Below, in pieces: positions 7,818-15,788 of a stretch of DNA of 20,321 nucleotides. Below the pieces are notes generated by a model, which did not search any database, was not told where the DNA came from, and saw nothing but the letters and a program-made list of their open reading frames with translations. Position 1 is the stretch's first letter. Every line of letters begins with the position of its first letter. The position numbers were made by a program, and so were the translations under genes. Source of the DNA: an uncultured archaeon (lineage in GTDB: Archaea > Iainarchaeota > Iainarchaeia > Iainarchaeales > CSSED10-239); the NCBI GenBank assembly GCA_964463155.1, contig CAYXAY010000012.1, forward strand, positions 1 to 20,321. Direction: 5' to 3'.

Positions 7818-8627
7818 ATGAAGGAGAATGTTTTTGTCAAAGACAAATTAAAAAAGATGTCAATTGCAAAGTATCTACAAAAGAAACTAAAGCAAGCAGG
7901 ATTTATTGATGTTGAGGTTGTTAAGTCACCAATTTCCACAAGAGTTGTTATCTACGCTTTACGCCCTGGTTTTGTAATTGGTAAAAGCGGTTACAACATA
8001 AAAGCATTAACTGAAGATCTAGAGAAAGACTTTGACCTAAGCAAGGTTCACATAGAGATTGGAGAAATCCAAAACAAGGATCTAGATCCAAGAGTAATAA
8101 TTGAAAACATTTCAAATGACATAGCTAGAGGAATAGCCTGGAAATCAGCAGTCTACAAGGCAATGACACAAATAAAAGCAGCAGGAGCTGTTGGTGCAGA
8201 AATTGTTGCTAAAGGTAACACTGCAGGTAAAGGTCAAAGAAAAAGATCTTCAAGATATGCATTTGGATACTTGAAAAAAGCAGGTTCACAAAAAGACCTA
8301 GTTGCATTTGAGAAAAGAACGACCTTTCCAGGTCTTGGAACAATAGGCATAAGACTTAGAATAGTTCATCCAGGAACAGTTTTCTCAGACAAGATAGATG
8401 TTAAAGAGTTGTCTCACAGACATAAGCTAGCAAGAGAGCAAAAAAGACTAGAAAACAGAGAACAAGAAGTTGAAAAGGAAATAACAGAGACAATAGAAAA
8501 AATAAAAACAGCACGCGAAACAAAGGTTGCAAGCATAGAAGAAAAACCAAAGGCTGAAAGAAAACCAAGAGTAAAAAAAGAAAAAACTTCTGAAGTAAAA
8601 GAAGAAGTTATTGAAAATAAAGAGTGA
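7818..8627 (+). CDS. rps3: 30S ribosomal protein uS3 with a K/E-rich C-terminal tail of about 70 aa
   Basis: KH-domain motif GFVIGKSGYNIKALTEDLEK and a conserved core up to ...IRLRIVHPGTVFSDKI, followed by a charged low-complexity tail (residues about 197-269). Confidence 0.95.
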   Translation: MKENVFVKDKLKKMSIAKYLQKKLKQAGFIDVEVVKSPISTRVVIYALRPGFVIGKSGYNIKALTEDLEKDFDLSKVHIEIGEIQNKDLDPRVIIENISNDIARGIAWKSAVYKAMTQIKAAGAVGAEIVAKGNTAGKGQRKRSSRYAFGYLKKAGSQKDLVAFEKRTTFPGLGTIGIRLRIVHPGTVFSDKIDVKELSHRHKLAREQKRLENREQEVEKEITETIEKIKTARETKVASIEEKPKAERKPRVKKEKTSEVKEEVIENKE

Positions 8628-8634
8628 TTATTAG

Positions 8635-8889
8635 ATGACAAAGAAAAAAGCAGTCACATTAACTTCAATTCCAGAAATTGAAAATAAAATAAAAGAATTT
8701 AAATTAGAACTTTCAAAGGAAAAGGGCATGCTTGCTTCAAAAACAAAATCAACAAACCCCACAAAGAAAGCAACTCTAAAAAAACAAATAGCAAGACTAC
8801 TAACAAGATTAAACGCTATTAAGAAAAAGCAAAAGGAGATACCAAAGAAAGTAACTACTCCTAAAGCAAAGGAAGTTAAGAAAAAATAA
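8635..8889 (+). CDS. rpl29: 50S ribosomal protein uL29
   Basis: 84-aa helical K-rich protein (IKEFKLELSKEKGMLAS...) in the conserved slot after uS3; GTGAT SD. Confidence 0.85.
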   Translation: MTKKKAVTLTSIPEIENKIKEFKLELSKEKGMLASKTKSTNPTKKATLKKQIARLLTRLNAIKKKQKEIPKKVTTPKAKEVKKK

Positions 8890-8912
8890 GTTGTGAGGTG
8901 TTAAAATAGAGT

Positions 8913-9215
8913 ATGGCCGAGATTTGTCCAGTATGTCATTTACCAAAAACAATCTGTACTTGTGACCTTAGAACAAAGGAAACACAACAGATTAAGATAA
9001 GAACTGAAAGAAAGAAATTCAAGAAATATGCAACATTGATTTATGGTTTTTCTGACTCTGCTGAACAACAAGAGGTTTTCAAGTACTTGAAAAAAAAGCT
9101 AGCTTGCGGAGGAACAGTCAAAGGCAATGTCATTGAGCTTCAAGGCGAGCAAAAGGAAAGAATTAAAAAACTCTTGATAGAAAAAGGATATCTTGGAGAA
9201 TTAATCGATGCTTAA
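8913..9215 (+). CDS. sui1: Translation initiation factor aIF1 (SUI1 family)
   Basis: N-terminal Cys knuckle MAEICPVCHLPKTICTCD and SUI1-fold block LKKKLACGGTVKGNVIELQGEQKERIKKLL. It closely parallels methanogen aIF1 and occupies the same operon slot (L29-SUI1-Rpp29-S17). Confidence 0.9.
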   Translation: MAEICPVCHLPKTICTCDLRTKETQQIKIRTERKKFKKYATLIYGFSDSAEQQEVFKYLKKKLACGGTVKGNVIELQGEQKERIKKLLIEKGYLGELIDA

Positions 9216-9396
9216 CATCAAAAATTCCAATCTGATAGGAAAAATCATAACAGTCACAAATAGCTCAGACAGGAAAAAGATAGGGAAAAAAGGCATAGTA
9301 ATCTACCAAACAAAAGATGAAATAAAAATTAGAGATGAAAAAGAAAAAATAATTACAATTAAACAAAATGAAATAATAAATTTAGAAATTAAGTGA
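9208..9396 (+). CDS. rnp1: RNase P protein component 1 (Rpp29/Pop4), minimal 62-aa form
   Basis: NLIGKIITVTNSSDRKKIGKKGIVIYQTKDEIKI fits the Rpp29 Sm-like barrel pattern (LIG.x.V..S.d....G..G.Vv.ETk....I). It lies in the conserved slot between SUI1 and uS17 and overlaps the sui1 stop by 8 nt. Confidence 0.7.
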   Translation: MLNIKNSNLIGKIITVTNSSDRKKIGKKGIVIYQTKDEIKIRDEKEKIITIKQNEIINLEIK

Positions 9397-9402
9397 AAAA
9401 CT

Positions 9403-9768
9403 ATGGAAAAAACATGTCTTGATAAAAACTGTCCAGTTCATGGGCAAGTAAGTGTTAGAGGAAAATCACTACAAGGAATAGTGGTCAAGAAAAAAGCACT
9501 TAAAACAGCAGTAATACAAATGGAGAAAATAAAGTATATCAGAAAATATGAAAGATATATGAAAAAAACAGTTAAGCTTCCAGTACACTGCCCAGACTGT
9601 ATGAATATTAATATAGGAGACATTGTCCTTGTCGGAGAAACCAGAAAATTAAGTAAGACAAAGTCATTTGTTATACTAAAGAAACTCGGAACATTAAGCC
9701 ACATGGAAGACATAATTGATGAAGACAAATACGAAGGGATAGAAGAAAAAGAGGATGAAGAAGAATGA
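9403..9768 (+). CDS. rps17: 30S ribosomal protein uS17 (with acidic C-terminal tail)
   Basis: CLDKNCPVHG N-terminal motif and IGDIVLVGETRKLSKTKSFVI. The tail EDIIDEDKYEGIEEKEDEEE is an extra. Confidence 0.93.
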   Translation: MEKTCLDKNCPVHGQVSVRGKSLQGIVVKKKALKTAVIQMEKIKYIRKYERYMKKTVKLPVHCPDCMNINIGDIVLVGETRKLSKTKSFVILKKLGTLSHMEDIIDEDKYEGIEEKEDEEE

Positions 9769-10163
9769 AGCAGATAAGTGCAAAAGTAACAAGAGGACTT
9801 CAATTAGGTTCAAGATGCCTGTGCACAGACAATAGTGGTGCAAAAGAAATAGAAATAATTTCTGTTATCAACATCAAGACAAAAAGAAAAGGAGTGCAGT
9901 CTGCAGGAATCGCGTCACTATTAAATGTTGTAGTTAAAAAAGGTAAGCCAACCATGAAGAAGAAAATGGAAAGAGCCGTGGTTGTCAGAGTAAAAAAAGA
10001 ATACAAAAGAAAGAATGGTTGGAGAGTTTGCTTTGAAGACAATGCAGTAGTCTTAACAGACCCAAAAGGTTTTCCAAAAGGTTCAGAAATAAAAGGTTGC
10101 GTAGCTAAAGAAGTTGGTGAAAGATACCCTAAGATTGCAGGACTTGCAAGCGCGGTAATTTAA
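9765..10163 (+). CDS. rpl14: 50S ribosomal protein uL14
   Basis: LCTDNSGAKEIEIISV ... GWRVCFEDNAVVL; ATGA overlap with rps17. Confidence 0.96.
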   Translation: MKQISAKVTRGLQLGSRCLCTDNSGAKEIEIISVINIKTKRKGVQSAGIASLLNVVVKKGKPTMKKKMERAVVVRVKKEYKRKNGWRVCFEDNAVVLTDPKGFPKGSEIKGCVAKEVGERYPKIAGLASAVI

Positions 10164-10175
10164 GGTGAATAGAAG

Positions 10176-10529
10176 ATGAACACTAAAACAATTAAACCAA
10201 ATAAGCAAAGAAGAAGAATATTTACTGGTCCATACCACACAAAAAGAAAAACATTAGTTGCTCCAATAGACAAAAAGATTAGAAAAGAAGCTTTAAGAAA
10301 AAGAGCAGTTCTAAGAAAAGGAGACACAGTAAAGGTTCTTGTAGGCGACAACAAAGGCAAAACAAGCACAGTTGACAGGGTCAACTATGATAACGGAATA
10401 GTATACTTAAAAGATTTCAAAGTAACAAACTCAAAAGGTCAAGAAAAGTTATTACCATTTAAGGCATCAAACCTAGTAATCACAACACTAATACTGACCG
10501 ACAAAAAAAGATTTATTACAAAAAAATAG
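10176..10529 (+). CDS. rpl24: 50S ribosomal protein uL24
   Basis: KOW motif LRKGDTVKVLVGDNKGKTSTVDRV; GGTGA SD; conserved position. Confidence 0.93.
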   Translation: MNTKTIKPNKQRRRIFTGPYHTKRKTLVAPIDKKIRKEALRKRAVLRKGDTVKVLVGDNKGKTSTVDRVNYDNGIVYLKDFKVTNSKGQEKLLPFKASNLVITTLILTDKKRFITKK

Positions 10530-10539
10530 GTGATATTTA

Positions 10540-11229
10540 ATGACTAAAAAAGGAAGCACAAAAGTTTTAAAGACACAAAATGTAGGACACGTCCATAAGG
10601 TTGACAAGAAAAAGACCTTTGTATTAAGACCAAACTCCGGAAAACACTGTCTTGACAAGGTAGTTACAGCAGGCTATGTTTTAAGAGATTTATTACATTT
10701 AACAGAGAACAACAGAGAATCAACACACATAATAAGAAACAGAGAAATGATTATTGACAAAAAGCCAATAAAGACAATAAACTTTGCAATCGGCTTGTTT
10801 GATGTGATTGAGTTCCCAAAGATAAAGAAATACTACAAGATCACCTACAAGCAAAACGGCCTAATAACATTAATGGAAATTAACCACGACGAAACAAAAT
10901 ACAAGATTTGCAAAATTGTAAAAAAGATAATAACAAAAAAAGACCAGATACAATTGATAACAAACGACGGAAGAACAGTAATAACAACAAACCAAGCATA
11001 CAAGACAAAGGCTTCTATAAAGCTTGACTTGGAAGATAACACCATAAAAGAATATTATCCACTTGAAAAAGGAAGAAAAGTTTTCTTGATTGGTGGTAAG
11101 CACGTTGGTAGATCTGGAACAATTATCTCAGTAACAAAAGGAAGCATGATAAAAAAGGAACTAATAAAACTAAAGATTGACAACAAGGAATTTGAAACAA
11201 CAGAAAAGAATGTTTTTGTAATTAATTAA
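10540..11229 (+). CDS. rps4e: 30S ribosomal protein eS4
   Basis: FVLRPNSGKH N-terminal block and KOW-like FLIGGKHVGRSGTIISV; archaea/eukaryote-specific protein in its canonical slot; GGTGAT SD. Confidence 0.92.
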   Translation: MTKKGSTKVLKTQNVGHVHKVDKKKTFVLRPNSGKHCLDKVVTAGYVLRDLLHLTENNRESTHIIRNREMIIDKKPIKTINFAIGLFDVIEFPKIKKYYKITYKQNGLITLMEINHDETKYKICKIVKKIITKKDQIQLITNDGRTVITTNQAYKTKASIKLDLEDNTIKEYYPLEKGRKVFLIGGKHVGRSGTIISVTKGSMIKKELIKLKIDNKEFETTEKNVFVIN

Positions 11230-11243
11230 AAAGTGAAAATTTT

Positions 11244-11768
11244 ATGAGTAAAGACGAGAAATACAACCCAAACAGGGAAATCTTTGTTGAAAAGGTTACT
11301 GTAAACATGAGTATAGGTGAAGCTGGCGAAGAGCTTGAAAAAGGTTTAAAGATTCTTCAACTAGTAACCAAGAAAAAACCAGTTAAGACTTTAGCAAAAG
11401 TAAAGCTGCCAACTTGGGGAATAAGACCTGGCCTACCAATCGGTGGAAAGGTGACTTTAAGAGGAAAAGGCGCACTTGATTTTATTGAGCTAACATTAAA
11501 GGCAAAAGAAAACAAGATTAACAAAAAATCATTCTCAAACGAAGGCCATTTCTCTTATGGCATAAAAGAATACCTTGACGTTCCAGGAATCAAATATGAT
11601 CCAAACCTTGGGATAAGGGGCTTTGATGTTTGTGTATCTCTAAAAAGGAAAGGTTTTAGAATAAAGCAAAGAAAATACATTATCTCAAAAATAGGAAAGA
11701 AACACAGAATCACAAAAGACGAGGCAATAGCCTTTGCAAAAGAAAAATTAAAAGCAGTGGTTGAATGA
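11244..11768 (+). CDS. rpl5: 50S ribosomal protein uL5
   Basis: NPNREIFVEKVTVNMSIGEAGE ... GIRGFDVCVSLKRKGFRI. Confidence 0.95.
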   Translation: MSKDEKYNPNREIFVEKVTVNMSIGEAGEELEKGLKILQLVTKKKPVKTLAKVKLPTWGIRPGLPIGGKVTLRGKGALDFIELTLKAKENKINKKSFSNEGHFSYGIKEYLDVPGIKYDPNLGIRGFDVCVSLKRKGFRIKQRKYIISKIGKKHRITKDEAIAFAKEKLKAVVE

Positions 11769-11938
11769 ACGAAATAGATTATAAAAAATTAGGGAAAACC
11801 AGTAAAGAACTAAAAAGAACAAGAAAATGTAGATTTTGTGAAACAAAAAAAGGACTAATAAGAAAATACAACCTTTATATCTGCAGAAGATGTTTCAAGG
11901 ACTATGCAGAAAAATTAGGTTTTAAAAAATTAGATTAA
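11765..11938 (+). CDS. rps14: 30S ribosomal protein uS14 (zinc-binding short form), 57 aa, absent from the ORF track
   Basis: Manual translation gives MNEIDYKKLGKTSKELKRTRKCRFCETKKGLIRKYNLYICRRCFKDYAEKLGFKKLD*. It has CxxC...CxxC and the LCR.CFR-like motif of type-Z uS14. It overlaps the rpl5 stop by ATGA and sits in the canonical slot between uL5 and uS8. Confidence 0.92.
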   Translation: MNEIDYKKLGKTSKELKRTRKCRFCETKKGLIRKYNLYICRRCFKDYAEKLGFKKLD

Positions 11939-11960
11939 ATATTTATTTAGGTGAAAATTA

Positions 11961-12350
11961 ATGAGCTTAAACGATCCAATATCAAACGCATTGAACAATT
12001 TAAATAATGCAGAAATGGCTTCAAAACAAACATGTACACTTAATCATTCTAAGTTTTTAGAAAGTGTTTTGTCTCTTCTAAAAAAGGAAGGTTATGTAAA
12101 GATGTACAAGGTTCTTGAAAAGAGACCAAGTAAGCAGATTGTTGTTTATCTCGGTGGAAGAATAAACAAATGTAAGGCAGTAAAGCCAAGATATCCTGTT
12201 AAAAAACAAGACTATGAGAAGTTTGAAAAATCATACCTGATCTCAAGAGACATCGGTGTATTGATTGTTAGCACAACAGAAGGAATAATGACGCACAAAG
12301 ATGCTAAGGAAAAAGGACTTGGCGGAAGAATAGTTGGATACGTTTATTAA
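11961..12350 (+). CDS. rps8: 30S ribosomal protein uS8
   Basis: MSLNDPISNALNNLNNAE... N-terminus and ...GGRIVGYVY C-terminus; GGTGA SD. Confidence 0.95.
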   Translation: MSLNDPISNALNNLNNAEMASKQTCTLNHSKFLESVLSLLKKEGYVKMYKVLEKRPSKQIVVYLGGRINKCKAVKPRYPVKKQDYEKFEKSYLISRDIGVLIVSTTEGIMTHKDAKEKGLGGRIVGYVY

Positions 12351-12365
12351 AATAATTAAATATGA

Positions 12366-12935
12366 GTGATTATGGAAGAAAAAAATAAAACAAATTCCAA
12401 AGAGATAAAAGGAATAAAGGTCAAGGTTCCAAGCGAGATAAAAGTAACACTTGGCTCTCACGACTTGATTCTTGAAAAGTCTGGAAAGAAAATAGACGTA
12501 GATTTCAATCCGGTTTATGTTTCTGCAAAGTTTGAAAATGGAGAAATAGAACTTAAGCCAAAGAATAAAAAAAAAACAGTAAAGGCGGTTGTATACACAA
12601 CTGAAAAGCACATACTTAACGCAATAAAAGGACTTGACAAAGAATATGTCTACAAGCTTTCAGTAGTATACTCACACTTTCCAATAACGGTTAAGGTTGA
12701 AGGAAACGAGGTTGTTATCTCTAATTTTTTAGGAGAGAAAAAACCAAGAAAGACAAAGATCCTTCCTGGCTGTAAAGTTGAAGTCAAGGGAAAAGACATA
12801 ATCGTTAAAGGACACGACAAATATCTAACGGGTCAAACAGCAGGAAACATAGAAAGAACAACAAGAGTAATAGGAAGAGACTTTAGAATATTTGATGATG
12901 GTTGTTATATTGTAGAAAAAGCAAAAAGTGAATAA
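12366..12935 (+). CDS. rpl6: 50S ribosomal protein uL6
   Basis: GEKKPRKTKILPGCKVEVKGKDIIVKGHDKYLTGQTAGNIE ... RDFRIFDDGCYIVEK. The track start at 12366 is a GTG, and the ATG at 12372 (MEEKNK...) is an equally plausible start. Confidence 0.92.
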   Translation: MIMEEKNKTNSKEIKGIKVKVPSEIKVTLGSHDLILEKSGKKIDVDFNPVYVSAKFENGEIELKPKNKKKTVKAVVYTTEKHILNAIKGLDKEYVYKLSVVYSHFPITVKVEGNEVVISNFLGEKKPRKTKILPGCKVEVKGKDIIVKGHDKYLTGQTAGNIERTTRVIGRDFRIFDDGCYIVEKAKSE

Positions 12936-12937
12936 TT

Positions 12938-13276
12938 ATGAGTAATGATACACCAAACTTTAGAGGACACTACCCTTTAACATTAAGAAGAACCAAGCAC
13001 AATAGAAAGGTTCAGAAATGGAGATATCCAAGAGGTATCGATAGACATATGTCTGTAAAGAAAGGACCACAGCCAAAGATTGGTTATGGCCACAAGAACA
13101 CAGAGAAGCTCAAGCACCCTTGCGGATTAAAGGAATGCATTGTAAGAACAGTAAGTGATTTAACAAAACTAAACCCAAAGGAAATGGCAATAAGGTTTAA
13201 TGGAACTCTTGGCGAAAAGAAAAGAATAGAGCTAAGAAAAATAGCAAAGGAAAAAGGATTTAAGATTTTAAACTAA
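12938..13276 (+). CDS. rpl32e: 50S ribosomal protein eL32
   Basis: KWRYPRGIDRHMSVKKGPQPKIGYG eL32 pattern; archaeal-specific slot after uL6. Confidence 0.92.
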   Translation: MSNDTPNFRGHYPLTLRRTKHNRKVQKWRYPRGIDRHMSVKKGPQPKIGYGHKNTEKLKHPCGLKECIVRTVSDLTKLNPKEMAIRFNGTLGEKKRIELRKIAKEKGFKILN

Positions 13277-13288
13277 AACGGTGTACTT

Positions 13289-13738
13289 ATGAAATTAGAT
13301 AAACTAAAAACATTCTCCGGAGAGATATTAAAGAAAAGTAAACACAAGTTAGTTATTGATGAGAAGAAATACCAAGACAACAAAGAGTTTGTTGACAAAG
13401 CAATGACCAAGCAAGATGTTAGAGACACAATCTCCAAAGGAGTAATAAAGAAAAAAGCAGACACTGGTCAGTCAAGGGGAAGAGCAAGAGTTCTGTTAAA
13501 GAAAAAGAAACTAAAAAGAAAAAGAGGACAAGGTAAAAGAAAAGGAACACCAAAGGCTAGAGAAAATAAAAACACTTATAATTTAAGAATAAGAGGTTTG
13601 AGAAAAAGACTTTCTGAACTTAGAAAAGAAGATAAGTTAAATGGAAAATCCTATAGTAGAGTATATTTAATGATTAAAGGAAACTACTTTAGCGGGAAGA
13701 AACATTTAGAAGAATATATTAGTGGTGAAAATAAATGA
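13289..13738 (+). CDS. rpl19e: 50S ribosomal protein eL19
   Basis: SRGRARVLLKKKKLKRKRGQGKRKGTPKAR and LRGLRKRLSELR, typical of eL19; GGTG SD. Confidence 0.92.
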   Translation: MKLDKLKTFSGEILKKSKHKLVIDEKKYQDNKEFVDKAMTKQDVRDTISKGVIKKKADTGQSRGRARVLLKKKKLKRKRGQGKRKGTPKARENKNTYNLRIRGLRKRLSELRKEDKLNGKSYSRVYLMIKGNYFSGKKHLEEYISGENK

Positions 13739-14247
13739 CATCAGGACCAACATTTAAAGTTGCTTTTAGAAGAAGAAGAGAGCAAAAAACAGACTACAAG
13801 AAAAGACTTGCAGTTTTAAAGTCAAAGAAAGACAGAGTTGTCTTAAGAGTTACAAATGCTTTAGTAAAGGTGCAAGTAATAAGATACAACAAAGATGGCG
13901 ACAACACAATTGCTTCAGCAACCTCAAAAGAACTAAAGGCGTTAGGTTACTCTGGGAACACAAAAAACACCCCAGCAATTTACTTGACTTCTTTACTATT
14001 AGCTCAAAAAGCAAAAAAGAAAGGAATAAAGGAAGTAATCTTTGACTTATGTGCAAAAAACTACAAGTCAGGAAACAAGATTTTTGCGGGTTTGAAAGCA
14101 ATAGTAGATTCAGGAATTGTATGCCCACATGATGAGAAGGCATATCCAAAGAAAGACAGAATAGAAGGAAAGATAACAGCAGAATATTTAAAGAAACCAA
14201 TAGATAAGGAGTTTTTAGCAACTAAAGAAAAAATATTAAAGATGTGA
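13735..14247 (+). CDS. rpl18: 50S ribosomal protein uL18
   Basis: GPTFKVAFRRRREQKTDYKKRLAVLKS, the archaeal uL18/L5e N-terminal signature; ATGA overlap with rpl19e. Confidence 0.94.
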   Translation: MTSGPTFKVAFRRRREQKTDYKKRLAVLKSKKDRVVLRVTNALVKVQVIRYNKDGDNTIASATSKELKALGYSGNTKNTPAIYLTSLLLAQKAKKKGIKEVIFDLCAKNYKSGNKIFAGLKAIVDSGIVCPHDEKAYPKKDRIEGKITAEYLKKPIDKEFLATKEKILKM

Positions 14248-14254
14248 TTATTCT

Positions 14255-14941
14255 ATGTGTGCATTTAGAGAAAGAACAGACAGAAGAAGAGAAAAAAAAG
14301 AAGAAAGAGTATTTGACAAGGATGCTTGGCTTCCAAAGACAGAACTTGGAAGAAGAGTAAAGTCAGGAGAAATATCCTCAATTGACGAAGTCTTTAAGCT
14401 TGGTAAAAAGATTATGGAACCAGAAATCATTGATCGTTTTATTCCAGATCTTCAAATGAAAGTCATTGATGTTAAGAAGACAACAAGAGTTACAAGAGCT
14501 GGTAGACATTTTTCTTTTAGAGTTTCAGTAATCATCGGAGATGGCAACGGACACATCGGAGTAGGAACTGGAAAAAACATTGAAAGAATAGTTGCTCAGC
14601 AAAAAGCAATAAAAGATGCAAAGCTAAATATTCTTCCAATAAGAAGAGGCTGCGGTTCTTGGGAATGTAATTGTTCAAAGAAACATTCAGTGCCATACAA
14701 AGTTATAGGAAAATGCGCATCATTAAGAGTTGAACTTTTACCGGCACCAAATGGAATCGGTCTTGCAGTAAGTGACACTATTAAACCAGTATTTGATTTG
14801 GTTGGGATAAAAGATCTATGGTCAAACACAAGAGGAGCAACAGACACTAAGTTAAACTTTACAAGAGCGACAATTGATGCTTTATGCAAGATTTCAGACT
14901 TAAGGACAAGAGAAAAAGATATTGAAGAAAATAAAGAATAG
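14255..14941 (+). CDS. rps5: 30S ribosomal protein uS5
   Basis: TRVTRAGRHFSFRVSVIIGDGNGHIGVGTGK ... LPAPNGIGL; GTGAT SD. Confidence 0.95.
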   Translation: MCAFRERTDRRREKKEERVFDKDAWLPKTELGRRVKSGEISSIDEVFKLGKKIMEPEIIDRFIPDLQMKVIDVKKTTRVTRAGRHFSFRVSVIIGDGNGHIGVGTGKNIERIVAQQKAIKDAKLNILPIRRGCGSWECNCSKKHSVPYKVIGKCASLRVELLPAPNGIGLAVSDTIKPVFDLVGIKDLWSNTRGATDTKLNFTRATIDALCKISDLRTREKDIEENKE

Positions 14942-14953
14942 AAGTGAAATAAT

Positions 14954-15418
14954 ATGTTTGCAATAATAAGAATAAGAGGGGCGATAAAGACCAATGTTAA
15001 GATTGAGGACACCATGAAGTTATTAAACTTGACAAGAAACAATCATTGTGTAATCTATCCTGATAACAGGTTTGTAAAAGGAATGCTTCATAAATTAAGA
15101 AACATGGTAACTTACGGCGAAATATCAAACGAAACCTTAAAGAAAATGTTAAACAAAAGAGGCTTTTGCTATAATGAGAAAGGAAAGCTAATAAAGTTTA
15201 AAGAGCATTATAAGGATGAAAAGAAAATTGACAAGTTAGTTGAAGAGATACTTTCAGGAAAAACAAAGCTTGAAGACATAGGTGTCAAAAAGGTTTTCAG
15301 ACTTAAGCCACCAACAAAAGGCTTTGACAGAAAAGGTATCAAGAAAACATTTAAGGAAGGCGGAGTACTTGGCTACAGAGCTGACCACATAAACAAATTA
15401 CTTATAAAGATGATATAA
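14954..15418 (+). CDS. rpl30: 50S ribosomal protein uL30
   Basis: MFAIIRIRGAIKTNVKIEDTMKLLNLTRNNHCVI, the archaeal uL30/L7e pattern; conserved slot. Confidence 0.92.
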   Translation: MFAIIRIRGAIKTNVKIEDTMKLLNLTRNNHCVIYPDNRFVKGMLHKLRNMVTYGEISNETLKKMLNKRGFCYNEKGKLIKFKEHYKDEKKIDKLVEEILSGKTKLEDIGVKKVFRLKPPTKGFDRKGIKKTFKEGGVLGYRADHINKLLIKMI

Positions 15419-15419
15419 T

Positions 15420-15788
15420 ATGGGTAAAAGAAAAATAGACAGACTTAGAGGAAAAAGAACTCACGGCCATGGCAACACAAAGAACGCAAGAGGTTCTGGT
15501 TGTACTGGTGGCAAAGGAAGAGCAGGTTCACATAAACATAAGTTCACAAAATACTATGTTGACTTTGGACAAAGAATAAGCTTGCTCCCGAAAAAGAAAC
15601 TAAAAACAATAACCTTAGAGGCATTATCTGAAATTATTAAGGACAGAAAAGAAATTAATCTTAAAGAACTTGGTTATGATAAGATTCTGGGGAAAGGGAA
15701 TCTAAAAAAACCAGTAGTCTTTACTAATGCTCAAGCAACAGAGATTGCAAAAGAGAAGATTGAAAAAGCTGGGGGAAAAATTCAATGA
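15420..15788 (+). CDS. rpl15: 50S ribosomal protein uL15 (short, 122 aa)
   Basis: RLRGKRTHGHGNTKNARGSGCTGGKGRAGSHKHKF Gly/basic N-terminal signature. It starts 1 nt after the rpl30 stop. Confidence 0.92.
   Translation: MGKRKIDRLRGKRTHGHGNTKNARGSGCTGGKGRAGSHKHKFTKYYVDFGQRISLLPKKKLKTITLEALSEIIKDRKEINLKELGYDKILGKGNLKKPVVFTNAQATEIAKEKIEKAGGKIQ

Noticed and set aside
12362-12374. Ambiguous rpl6 start (ATG 12362 out of frame, GTG 12366, ATG 12372)
   Set aside because: This is not a biological oddity. The 12362 ATG frame closes after 8 codons. GTG 12366 and ATG 12372 differ by two residues and cannot be resolved from sequence alone.
12567-12576. A10 homopolymer inside rpl6 (and A9 at 5690-5698 in rpl4), possible slippage or frameshift sites
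   Set aside because: The reading frames run through them intact and encode Lys runs (KNKKKT, KEKKT) consistent with r-protein composition. There is no alternative-frame ORF downstream. They are only a caution for sequencing accuracy.
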